This document shows positions 52,770-64,000 of a DNA stretch of 64,000 bases, piece after piece. A program made the translations under genes and the position numbers. Source of the DNA: Octopus sinensis (taxonomy: Eukaryota). The stretch spans positions 84,630,001-84,694,000 of the forward strand of contig NC_043005.1 of the NCBI RefSeq assembly GCF_006345805.1. Direction: 5' to 3'. Every line of letters starts with the position of its first letter. Position 1 is the first letter of the stretch. Below the pieces are notes generated by a model, which saw nothing but the letters and a program-made list of their open reading frames with translations, searched no databases and was not told where the DNA came from.

Positions 52770-53445
52770 CATGGAAGGGGGTACTCCAGCATGGAAAGGG
52801 GCTCCCCAGGATGGAAGAGGGTACTCCAGCATGGAACGGGGCACCTCAGGATGGAAGGGAGTACTCTAGCATAGAAGGGGGTACCCCAGCATGGAAGGGG
52901 TTACCCCAGCATGAAGGGGGTTCCCTAACATGGAAGGGGGTACCCCCAACGAGGAAGGAGGTACTCCAACATGGAAGGGGGTACCCCAACATGGAAGAGA
53001 ATACCCCAACATGGGAGGGGAACCTCAACATGGAAGGGGACCAGCATGGAAGGTGGTACCCCAGCATGGAAGGGAATAACCGAACATGGAAGGGGGTACC
53101 TCAACATGGAAGGGGTTACCCCAGCATGGAAGGTGTACCCCAGCATGGAAGGGGGTACCCCAACATGGAAGGGGTATCTCAACATGGAAGGAGATTCTCC
53201 AGCATGGAAGGGGGGGCAAACTTGGAAGGTGGTACCCCAGCATGGAAGGGAAATACCCCAAAATGAAAGAGGGTACCTCAACATGGAAGGGTGGTCTCCA
53301 GCATGGAAGGTGTACCCCAGTATGGAAGGGGGTACCCCAACATGGAAGGGGGTACTCCAGCATGGGAGGTGATACTCTGGCATGGAAGGGTGTACCCTAG
53401 CATGGAAGATGGTACACCAGCATGGAACGTAGTGCCCCAGCATGG
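52770..53445. repeat. 20-bp minisatellite CATGGAAGGGGGTACCCCA(G/A), roughly 30-35 units
   Basis: Direct; ends in a SINE A tail. Confidence 0.95.
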
Positions 53446-54690
53446 CCACTGTGACTAAAATAAGCACAAAAAAAAATATATATTTTACGGTGGCGGCATT
53501 TATCAACTTCTCTACTTTGTCTGAGGTGAATAAAAAAAAAACTTAGGAATGGTTACTGACTGTTAGGAAATGGTTGTACAAATAGTGAATATAATTCAAC
53601 ATAGATATTAATGGGTATGTGTGATGTGAAACTACAGTAAAACTGAAAATAAATAGATATAAATACATGAACGAAATCAAAGTAAAATGTAGTGCATTAT
53701 TAGGAGAGCTGTAGTTCTATAAATCAGGAACTTCAACTGGAAATCGTATGTAAATAACTGACACAAACATGAAAATGTTGTATAATAAGATACACAAATA
53801 TGTAGGAGACAGAACAGTGAAGAAATTTATCATTCAGTTTGTTATACCAGAAATGGAAGGAAAACTGCGTAAAAAGAGAGAAAAAAAAGTTTTAAGCACC
53901 TGATTGCTATGACAGTAAATGAAAAAAATATAATTGCTGATAGAGGAGAAGAGACCAAACAGAATTCATCTTGAATCTTGAAAGATTCCAGAATAGTTGC
54001 AGACTAATGGCAATCAAACAATTAGAAGGGAACAAAATGTAGTTATAGGAATTAGGTTATGACAAAATATATTAGAGGAGAAAATGGCTGCCAAAGGTAG
54101 AAAGGGAGGTAACAAGTTGTTCCTTATTTAAGATTAATGTGGTTTCCACTGATGAACAAATACCAAACAATTAAGTGCTTTCAGAACCAGAAAACCTCAA
54201 CACTTCTTTCCCTTTTCTGTGGATGGACAGAAGAGATGAAAAATTGCAAAAGAACATAGAAATAATGTGAAGAAAAATATCTTTGAATTAGGATGTAAAG
54301 GATACAGAATGTGCTGCAAAAGCAGAAAGATTGGTTTGTATCAAGGATTGGCAATGTCTGAGAGCAGTGGTTGATGTGATTAAGTTCTACTCGAAAATCA
54401 ATAAATCCAAGAATTAGGGAATGGACTCGTAATCCAAATGCCATTTGGAATTATATAACTTTGATTCATGTTGCTCTGATTCAAAAGTTGGAACTTTCGA
54501 ATACAGTAAATAAAAAAATATGTTTAAGTTAGTGAAGTATTATATGAATTGGTAACATTGGAAGAATTCGTTTGCCATCATGGGTAACATCAAAAGATAT
54601 AACATAGCTCTGTAAAGTGGCTGACACTAGGAAGGGCATCAAGCCATAGAAACTATGCCAAAATAGACAATGGAGCTTGTGCAGTCCTCT

Positions 54691-54942
54691 GGATGGAAGA
54701 GGGTACTCCAACATGGAAGGGGGAACCCCAGGATGGAAGGGAGTACTCTAGCATAGAAGGGGGTACCCTAACATAGAAGGGGGTACCCCAGTATGGAAGG
54801 GGTTGCCCCAGCATGAAGGGGATACCCTAATATGGAAGGAGGTGCCCCCAACATGGAAGGGGGTACTCCAACATGGAAGGGGGTACCCCAACATGGAAGG
54901 GAATACCCCAACATGGAAGGGGGTACCTCAACATGGAAGGGG
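54691..54942. repeat. Second block of the same 20-bp minisatellite, inside an RTE tail (54600-54990)
   Basis: Variant order matches 52809-53040. Confidence 0.9.
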
Positions 54943-55009
54943 ACTATGTCAAATCTTCTAACCCATGCCAACATGGAAGACAGACATTGAATGATAAGCA
55001 ATGTGGCTG

Positions 55010-55395
55010 ATGCTGGTGTTGCGTAACTGGCACCTGTGCTGGTGGCACATAAAAAGCACCTTTCCAGCATTGGGCCTCATAGGGGCAATGAAAAATGACC
55101 GAGACCTTCGGTAATATGCTGTGCTTGGGAAGAAGACCCATCAAAGCATGTGAAATTGTAGTTGTGGCAGATGCTGGTGTCATGCAAATGGCACCAGTGC
55201 TGGTGGCACACAAAAGCATCCATTACACTCTCAGAGTAGTTGCTGTTTGGAAAGGAGTCCACACTAAATCAGACTGGAGTCTGGTGCAGCCCTCAGCTTA
55301 CCAGCCCCGGTCAAACCATCCAACTCTTGCCAGCATGGAATACACATGTTAAACGATGATGATAATGATGATGATGATGGTGGTGATGATGATGA
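55010..55395 (+). mobile_element. RTE 3' tail
   Basis: Shared motifs and (GAT)n. Confidence 0.8.
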
Positions 55396-56129
55396 TGGTA
55401 ATGGTTTATGAATTATAACCCAACAATAATTATAATTAAACTGTTATCAAAGTTTTTGGTGCTTATGCAAAATGATGAAATTAATACCAATTTTCAAAGG
55501 GAAAATACTTATTACCTTAAAATAAAATTAAATAAACAATATTCAAAATAAAAAAGAAGGAAAATAAAATTAATCTCCATGTTCATTTTATATTATGGAA
55601 GTTCACATGCAAAACACACGCCCTCTCACTCTAATTGTGTGTGAGTGTGTGTGTGTGTGTGTATATATATATACACACACACACACACTCATATATATAT
55701 ATACATATATATACACATATATGTATATATATACATATAAATATATATACATGCATATATATATATAATATACATATATATTATATATGTATATATGTAT
55801 GTAAATGTTTGTGTGCGTGTATATATATGTACATATATATGCATATACATACATATATATATACACACACATATACATATATATATACACACACACATAT
55901 ATGTGTATATAGATATATACGCATATATAAAAATGTTTGTACATATATATATAACATATATATATATGTGTGTATACATGTGTGTGTATTCCTGTATGCA
56001 TTTATATATGTATATACATGCATACATATATATATCTCTCTCTATATATATACATGCATGCACACAGTCACACACACACTCCCTCTCTACCTCTGACTAT
56101 CATACTTTCTCCTTCAATGAGTGTGCATC

Positions 56130-56160
<31 letters not shown>

Positions 56161-56599
56161 AGAACTTTGCCTGCCACCAAACCTAGAATGTACATCTAAC
56201 CTGCACTTCCTATGCTAACTCTCTCTCTCTCTCTTTCTCTCTTGTCCACTGTCTCTGTATCTCACTGTACTCTTTCTTCCTTTCTCCACATAATACATAA
56301 AGCACAACCAGACAGACCAACCACCCAGCCAACCAACAAACCACCCAGCATATATTATACAGAGATGATGTTAATGAAGATGAGATATCTTTCCTGAACT
56401 CCATATAATACTGGTGGGAATATCTTGTCCCAGGAGAGAATTACAAATGAATGGAACCCATAGGGGCAAATTGAAGTTGAGAAAAATAAAGGATTTTTAA
56501 ATTTCCAAATTCATGGATATTAAGCATATTTTAAGCTTATTTTAAATCTGTTGTCATCATAAGGCTTAATTTTCTTTTTCTTTTGTGTGTGGCTTTTTA

Positions 56600-56970
56600 G
56601 ATAGGCTCAGGCATGGCTGTGTGGTAAGTAGCTTGCTTCCTAACCATATGGTTCCTGGTTCAGTCCCACTGTGTGGTACCTTTGGCAAGTGTCTTCTTTT
56701 ATAGCCTCAGGCTATGGATTTGTGAATGGATTTGGTAGATGGAAACTGAAAGAAGCCTATCTTATATGTGTGTGTGTGTATGTGTTTGTGTCACTGTGTC
56801 TGTGTGTTGTTCCCTCCCCACAAGAATGCTTGATGATTGGTGTTGGTTTGTTTATGTCCCCATAACTTAGTGTTTGGCAAAAGAGACTGATAGAATAATT
56901 ACCAAGCTTAAAAATCTTCAAGGCACTGCCCCAGCATGGTCGCAGTCTAATGATTGAAATAAGTAAAAGA
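56600..56970 (+). mobile_element. SINE family A
   Basis: Shared motifs. Confidence 0.8.
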
Positions 56971-57945
56971 AAAAGTGAAAAATAAACTTTGTCAGGATGT
57001 GACATGAAATGTCAATGGAGTTGAAGAATTCTCAAGTCATGCTAAGAACACTTTTCATAGGAAAGTTAATTTAATACATAGAAAACCGTTCTGTGAAGAC
57101 TGATTTGAACTGTTACACACATATCTAATAAATACACGACAAAGAGTATTTGGTGCAAAATATTAACAAATAAATGTCACAGAGTCAGGAGCCATCAGTG
57201 AAACATGGTTGTAGGTTTCTATGACTACTAAATTACTTTTAATTGTTATTCAGATGAATGCAAGTGGAAACATATTGTGCATTAAAGAAGAATAAGGTAA
57301 GAACCAGCTTCCATACTGTGCGGCTGGACAACTGTGGTATTGATCATAATTTGAAAGCTCTGCATGGAAAGGATAAAAGGTGAATGCAGCTGAAGTCAAG
57401 GTGTTCACTGAGAGATAGATACGTTTCTAAGTCGAATGATGGCTATAAATATTTGTCGATTTAACAATATAATGATTTCTGGCATTGGCATAAAGCCACA
57501 GTTGTGAAAGAGTAAAAAGCTTTTATGGAATACTTACATAGTTTGATCAAATTTGAGCAGCAAAAGAGTGAAATATGTAAGTTAATGGTCTGGATGGTTT
57601 GGTGTCAGATACAAAGTAGTGCACTGTTAGGAAAACAAAAATAAAAACAACAAAAAAGAAGAGACAGGTGCATGGCTGTATGGTTAAGATGCTGGCCTTG
57701 CAACCAGGGGCTTTTAGGTTCAGTCCCACTGCATGGCAACTTGGGCAAGTATCTTGTACAAAAGTTCTTAGTTGACTAGTGCCTTCCGAGTGAATTTGGT
57801 TGATGGAAACTGTGTGGAAGCCAATCATATATATGTATATGAGCATGTGCATGCGTGTGAGTGTGTGTGCACATGTGTATGTGTACGTGTGTGTATGTGT
57901 GTGTGTATATGCATGTATATACATATATGTGTGTGTGTATATATA

Positions 57946-59564
57946 CAGGGCGTTTCAAAAATTTGATATCATTTTGCAATCTAATATATTTTCCAGTTCT
58001 TGTTCAAATGATTTCAAATTTTAACATGTGTAGAAATAGGTCAAAATTTTATGTTTAATGTTTGATATATTTATCTTTGCAGATATAGAAATGGTATTCA
58101 CTGGAAGAGAAAAAGCATTTTGTGTGTTGGAGTACGCTCAAACACAGTTGAACAAGTCTGTGGAGCATGAATTTGTGAGAGAATTCTCTAAAGTTACCAA
58201 TGGCAATGCAGATTTGGACATGGCATAAAAAACTCAAAGAGGAATGCTGTCTGTGTAGGGCAAAAGGATCTGGATGACCACTAACATTGGAAGAGACTCT
58301 TGCGAAGCCCCAAGAAGTCCATAAGAAGAACAGGTCTGGAAACCCGGATTCCTCCAATGACAGTTTGGCGTGTCCTGAGGAAACATTTTCTAATGAAGCC
58401 ATACAAGCTGCAGCTTGTTCAGGCCATAATGGCAGATGACAAGTGAAAGCGCAAACAATTCTGTGTTGATATGCAACAAGAAACTTGAAGAAGCCGAGTT
58501 CAAGGAAGTCATGTTTTCAGTGATGAGGCCACATTTCATATGAATGGCAAAATCAATAAGCATAATGTTCACATTTGGGGCAAAGACAATCCCCATGCCA
58601 CAGTTGAGCATGGGAGGGACTCACCAAAAGTGAATGTGTTTTGTGCCATCTCCAAGAAATATCTGCATGGCTCGTTTTTCTTTGAGGGAAATGTGACTGG
58701 CAATGTTTATCTGCAAATGCTTGAGAACTGGCTAATGGATGGGCTCATTGCAAATAATAATAATAATGAAATTATTGTATACAGTGCTCAGGTGCACTAC
58801 AACTCGTCAAAAGTGTGTATAAAGCATATGCAGTAATGTACAAATGTCTAGAAAGTGAACAGTGTATGAGTCAGATACATGCTTGCGTGTGTATGGAGGG
58901 GAGAAAATCAGGTGTAGTGTTGGCAAATCTCAGGAAGCATGGAAGTTTTGAAGGATGCAGTGCTCTGACAACTAACAACTGATGCCGACAGTTTGTTCCA
59001 TACTTCAGCAACTCTTAGCGTGAAAAAATGTTTCTGAAAGAACATGAAGACTTCATTTTTCAACAGGACAGGGCTCCACCTTGCTAGAGGCTCACTGTAT
59101 GGGCTTATTTCAATGACAATCTGTGAGGAAGATGGATCAGTTGTGCTGGTGATGAAGACAATGTGCTGTTGAAATGGCTGCCACATTCACCTGACCTGAC
59201 ACCTTGTGATTTTTTCTCTGGAACTATGTAAAGGGCCTGGTCTATGTCCCCCGCTCTTCCTGCAAACCTAGAGGAACTTGAGCAGAGAATCACTACTGCA
59301 CTGGAAACTGTTACCCAAGACATGCTGCAGCATATTTGGCAGAAGCTGGTCTACTGCCTTGACGTATGCCTTGTCTCAGGCAATGAGCATCTTGAACATT
59401 TGGGAAATCGTTCTTGGAATCCACCTTCCTTTGAATTTCTCATTCAAATTTGGAGGAATAAATCTCATGTTGCTCAACCTTAAGCCTGTTTAGTTTCATT
59501 TGCTTTGACTATGTAGTTTCTGTGATATTTACATCTCAAATGATATCAATTTTTTGTAACACCC

Positions 59565-59566
<2 letters not shown>
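57946..59566 (+). mobile_element. Full-length decayed Tc1/mariner transposon (rosa/DD41D-like lineage, DD46D spacing)
   Basis: TA-flanked TIRs CAGGG(C/T)GTT(T/A)CAAAAA(T/A)TTGATATCATTT; ATG at 58091; FSDEATFH (D at 58522), FQQD (59067), SPDLTPCD (59208); stops and frameshifts. Confidence 0.92.
58756..59039 (-). mobile_element. CR1/L2-like LINE 3' fragment nested in the mariner
   Basis: HFFTLRVAEVWNKLSASVVSCQSTASFK, typical of CR1-group ORF2 ends; (ATT)n tail; removing it rejoins the transposase as LIAN|EHEDFIFQQD. Confidence 0.8.
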
Positions 59567-59633
<67 letters not shown>

Positions 59634-59651
59634 ATATATATACATATATAC

Positions 59652-59857
59652 ATTTACAAAATAAGGGCAGAAAAAAATTGTAAAGCCAGATACGCCGAAA
59701 CAAAAAAATTGTCGATAAGACGCATAAATTTAATGGTTATCGACAATTTTTTTGTTTCGGCGTATCTGGCATTAGAATTTTTCTTCTGCCCTTATCTTGT
59801 AAATTATGTATAAATTTTACCTTTAAAGGCATTTTTTGATATGCTGGCCATTGATAA
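59652..59857. repeat. Inverted repeat (perfect 34-bp arms 59685-59718 and 59737-59770) overlapping a degenerate minus-strand hammerhead (59737-59857)
   Basis: Direct complementarity; minus strand TTATC...GCATATC...GATACGC-C-GAAAC-AAAAAAATT-GTC-GATAA. Confidence 0.8.
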
Positions 59858-61884
59858 AATTTTTTTCCCGAAAAAATTTTTATCCTATATCAATTATATA
59901 CATATATATATATATATATTTCATGTATATATGCATGTATGTATGTATTTATGTGTGCATATATGTATGAAAGCATATATGCATGTGTGTATGTACATAC
60001 GTATGTATTCATGTATTAACAGATTGAATAAACAAATACATTAACAAGAGAAAAATTTCAAGGAGCATAACTCATCATTGATCTGTGTATATAAGAACAC
60101 ACACACACACATATGCACACACACACACGTGCACACACACACATATGCATGGTCAGACAAAAATGTCAAACAACACCCACGAGTGACTAAAAGCCAATGG
60201 TGTAGATATGGATCAACACAATGCAAGTCATATTTGCAAGGGGTACACTGATCTCAACTGCCAACTCTGATGATGCCAAAACAGACAGATTTTCACCAAA
60301 CTGCAGTCCATACGTAGCTCAGTGTTGAGATGAAGGATTTTGCCTTTGAAATCTCTTGAGATTGCACCATTCCCATACTTCCAGACTGTACAGAGATGAT
60401 AGCTTAACAACAGTCACACCATGGATAGATTTAGAAAAAATTAATAGCTGCATTTAAGATAGTTGGTTTAAATAAAGCCATCAATACTAACTTAATGGCA
60501 GCTAACTTTTTTTAGATGTAACACTAGTAATAATATACTTCTAAATCTCTTAGAGAGATTTATGCAGTAGCAGCATGATAAAGTGATGGTATGTTATCAA
60601 CTTAAAGTGACAGTCCCATGAAAGGGAAGAATGCTACTGTTATTTAGCCCTAGGAAACACTGTTTCCTGTTGGACTTGACACATTTCCTGTGTTTTTATG
60701 TGATACTAGTTTTAAAGATAAGTAAACACTATCCTCATAAAAATCCAAAAGAGAATACCTTGACATCCACAAAATTTCTAACCATTGGCCAGCCATAATT
60801 ACGTATCTAGTGGCTGGAAAATACTTGAAGATTTTTTTTATTTATCCTTGGCACATAGCCTAGTGGTTAGGATGCGGCACTCACAATCACCAGAACATCG
60901 GTTCAATTCCTGGACTTGGTGGTACCTCGTGTTCTTGAACGGAACACTTTGTTTCCGATTGTTTTAGGGCAACGTGGGGACTGGTATGTCAAAGAATAAA
61001 TTCAACATTTCCTCTGCAAATGTTAAAAGGTGACTAAAATAGATTCAGGTAGGATTTGCTCTCTGACCACATAAAACCCTCATCAGCAACAACTATTTGA
61101 ACAGACCATGGATCAAAGGGTTTCCACCTGAATGGTGCAAAGGTTTCATCCACAGAGAGTAGGAAATCACTGACAAATGATGGATACAGTGATACCGCCA
61201 TGCTACTACTACCATTTGGATAGGGATATCTTTAATATGTATGTGGGTATGAGTGTGTGTGCACTTTTTTTAAAAAAATTTTTTATTTCTGTATGTAAGC
61301 ATTTAGATATGTAAATAAACAGATCAATATACAGACAGATAGGTATATAGACTATATGAACAGACACATATGGAGACACGAATCCACACTCATATAAAGG
61401 TGCACATCCATACATACAAACATGGTACATAGTTGCATAACACACACACACACATGCACACACAAGGAGACAGAGGTGCATATATATACAAACACATGCG
61501 CACACACACATACATAGAAAATACACAAACACGGACATGCATGCACATAAATATGCAGGATACATACATACAGATGCACACACATATATACATATATACA
61601 TATGCATACACACACATATATACATAGATACACATGCAAACACACACACATACATACATACATTCATGCATGTATAGGCACAAACACACTGACCCACACA
61701 CATGCACACAAACAAACAAAAGGAACGCAGTGTAAATAACGGACAGAGTCAAAACTATTGAAATGGTTGCAACACTCAACGAAAATTTTAGGAAAATAAA
61801 AATAAGAAGAAAGTGGAAATTTTACCGGTGAGTGGGTTAAATAATAAGGCACAAAAAAAAATAACTCTCCCCAGACACAACAGA

Positions 61885-62560
61885 ATATGCTTCAACACAC
61901 GAACTCATATAAAGAATCTTGCAAACCAAATCCCAAAACGAAATTTAATAAAGTAGTTATCTATTATAATGGTGCATTCAGGAGTGGCTTTAGTGAAACA
62001 CTGCTTGATAGAGATAAAACCTCACCAATCACACAATATAATAGATCCAGAAATGAGAAGGTGATTTAGTTTAATCCACTTCATAACCTTGATGTCAGGA
62101 TAAAATATCTTTTTAAATCAAATACTACAATTGCAAACATGCCCCACACAACTGATGTGTAACTACAGCAATTGATATGCTTGCCTACTCAGTGGGGGAT
62201 ACTGTATCTCCACACAAATCACATACTAAGCAACCACGATTCTGGGTAGCATTCAAAAGAATTTGTATCAGGCTAACTGAAAACACTTTTAAGTGTTGCT
62301 TCTATTGACATCTCTACTCATTTGGATCAAAGAATCAAGAAATTCTAAGTGTCTGCCATAATTTATCTGAAATCTCAAAGACAAGGGATTAGCATGTACC
62401 ACAATAAAATAGAACAATATTGGTTGGACCAACCCACTCTATAACAAGTCAAAGAACTGTAGACTTTGTTTTACTGCAAAGTTCCAGTTTCAGAAGCAAA
62501 CCATTACAGCTTTTATCCAGAGACCAGACACATGGTCCAGTTGCCCTACCAGAAGTTCTT
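61885..62560 (+). pseudogene. Decayed Penelope-like retroelement ORF (RT C-terminus plus GIY-YIG region)
   Basis: Across frameshifts and stops: FNKVVIYYNGAFRSGFSE, KVI*FNPLHNLDV, CNYSN*YACLLSG, ICIRLTENTFK, FI*NLKDKG, YNKSKNCRLC. These match the usual PLE motif order IIWFNPPY / CNC..CPL / YIGLTE.TFK / YIW.LK / C.LC. Confidence 0.7.
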
Positions 62561-63224
62561 CATGGATATTTCTGAATACCTGAATGCTGTGGTTCATAGA
62601 AATTGGTTTTAATCAGCTTTATAGACTTACTGAATAATAATCTTGGTCAGAATTATCTCCTTCTTCACCAAAGCAACACAAGAAGAGCAGTCTTGCAGCC
62701 AGTGATGAACCTGATCATGTGTGCATCCTTAACCAACGAGAATTGTTCTTACAATTGCCTGACGGGCATTCCACCTTCCATCCTCTGGTTATTTAGGCAC
62801 AACCTCATAAGACCCATGCACACATGTGTGAAACTCTGAGTAGCATTGGACTGAATCACTGAATATTTTTTCCTATCAAACATAAACTCTGCCTTCTGTA
62901 CCAAATGCTCTTTCTTTCAATTGTATACACAAACGCATCTATATATCTGTGTATGTGTGTGTATATGTATCTATGTATGTGTGTGTATCTATATATCTAT
63001 GTATGTGTATGTTTGTATATACATATGCTGCAGGTATAGTACGTGAGTTTGTGGGTATGTGTGTATATTTATGTGTGTATTTATATGAATATCGGCAATT
63101 ATTTATTTGATTGTCAGTTATAACTACTTGAAACGTAAAAAGAAAAAAAAAAGCGAAGAACAAACTCCCAAGAAACAAAATGAATCCACAAAAGAAAAAA
63201 AAACACCCATAAAGGAAAACAAAT

Positions 63225-63380
63225 AATAATGATAATAATAACAACACTAATAGTAATAATAATGATAAGAGTAATGATAAAACAACTACAATGATAATAA
63301 GAGTAGTAATAATAATAATAAAGAAAATACTAGTAATAACAATAATAATAGCAATAATAGTAGTAGTAGTAGTAGTAGTA

Positions 63381-63420
<40 letters not shown>

Positions 63421-63422
63421 TG

Positions 63423-63465
<43 letters not shown>

Positions 63466-63536
63466 TAATATTAATAATAATGATAACAATAAAAATAATA
63501 ATGATAATAATAATAATAATGATAATAATAATAATG

Positions 63537-63572
<36 letters not shown>

Positions 63573-63670
63573 GTCAGAGTAATAGTAGTAATCACAGTAG
63601 TAGTAACAATAACAGCAAGATAACAACAACAACAATAACAACAGCTGCAGCAATGATAACAACAACAACA
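63225..63670. repeat. (TAA/TAG/TGA/CAA)n microsatellite
   Basis: Direct. Confidence 0.95.
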
Positions 63671-64000
63671 ACACCAGTTTTTCTTGGAGAAATAGAAAGA
63701 AATGTAAAGAGAAAAGAAAATGACGAGATATAATAAAAACACATCAAAATAAATAAAATAACAACAGAGAAGCCATTACTGACACAAAAGCAGAAATAAA
63801 ATAAAAAAGAGGCGAAAAACATGACGACAACAACAACAGCAAGTAAAAGAAATGGTAAGAACATTGAAGAATGGCAACAATATTATTCTCGTAAAAAGTG
63901 ATAGTACAAGTAAATCGGAAGTAATGTTCAATGAAGAACAATTGTATGGAATTGAATCGAGAGAATTTTCCAATATTTTTGTCAGATTTGAGGAATAAGG

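Noticed and set aside
52691-53506. Repetitive ORFs (GTPAWKG..., MLGYPLPCW...)
   Set aside because: A 20-bp minisatellite open in most frames, with no splice or start context
53820-54460. Purine-rich stretch that could be an old LINE ORF (also 50200-50660 and 20000-20300)
   Set aside because: No diagnostic motif could be read
57254-57296. 43-nt segment with a good acceptor (TTATTCAG) and donor (AAG|GTAAGA)
   Set aside because: Stops in all three frames; at most a non-coding exon, and expected by chance in 64 kb

Overview
This window is repeat-saturated, AT-rich eukaryotic DNA. The SINE, RTE-LINE and microsatellite families look like those of a coleoid cephalopod, most likely Octopus; that is an inference from repeat recognition. 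I found no convincing host protein-coding exon, tRNA/rRNA gene or CRISPR array, and nearly all listed ORFs are microsatellite artefacts. Recognisable elements include: a near full-length but frameshifted RTE LINE (31318-35600, minus; APE + YADD RT + Cys-rich insert); many RTE 3' tails, including a 2.1-kb higher-order array built from RTE 3'-UTR modules; a full-length decayed Tc1/mariner with TIRs, TA target sites and DD46D spacing, interrupted by a CR1-like tail; Helitron pieces; MITEs; tRNA-derived SINEs; a SINE-derived 20-bp minisatellite; and a decayed Penelope-like (GIY-YIG) ORF. The main finding is a dispersed set of type I hammerhead ribozyme (HHR) motifs read by eye. Five copies have a canonical or covariant core, and several more are degenerate. 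The clear copies have a self-complementary stem III, and their cores show compensatory swaps of the position 3:8 pair (C:G, A:U, G:C). Several lie in long snap-back inverted repeats resembling Penelope pseudo-LTR (pLTR) remnants. All structures were derived manually and none is experimentally or computationally validated.
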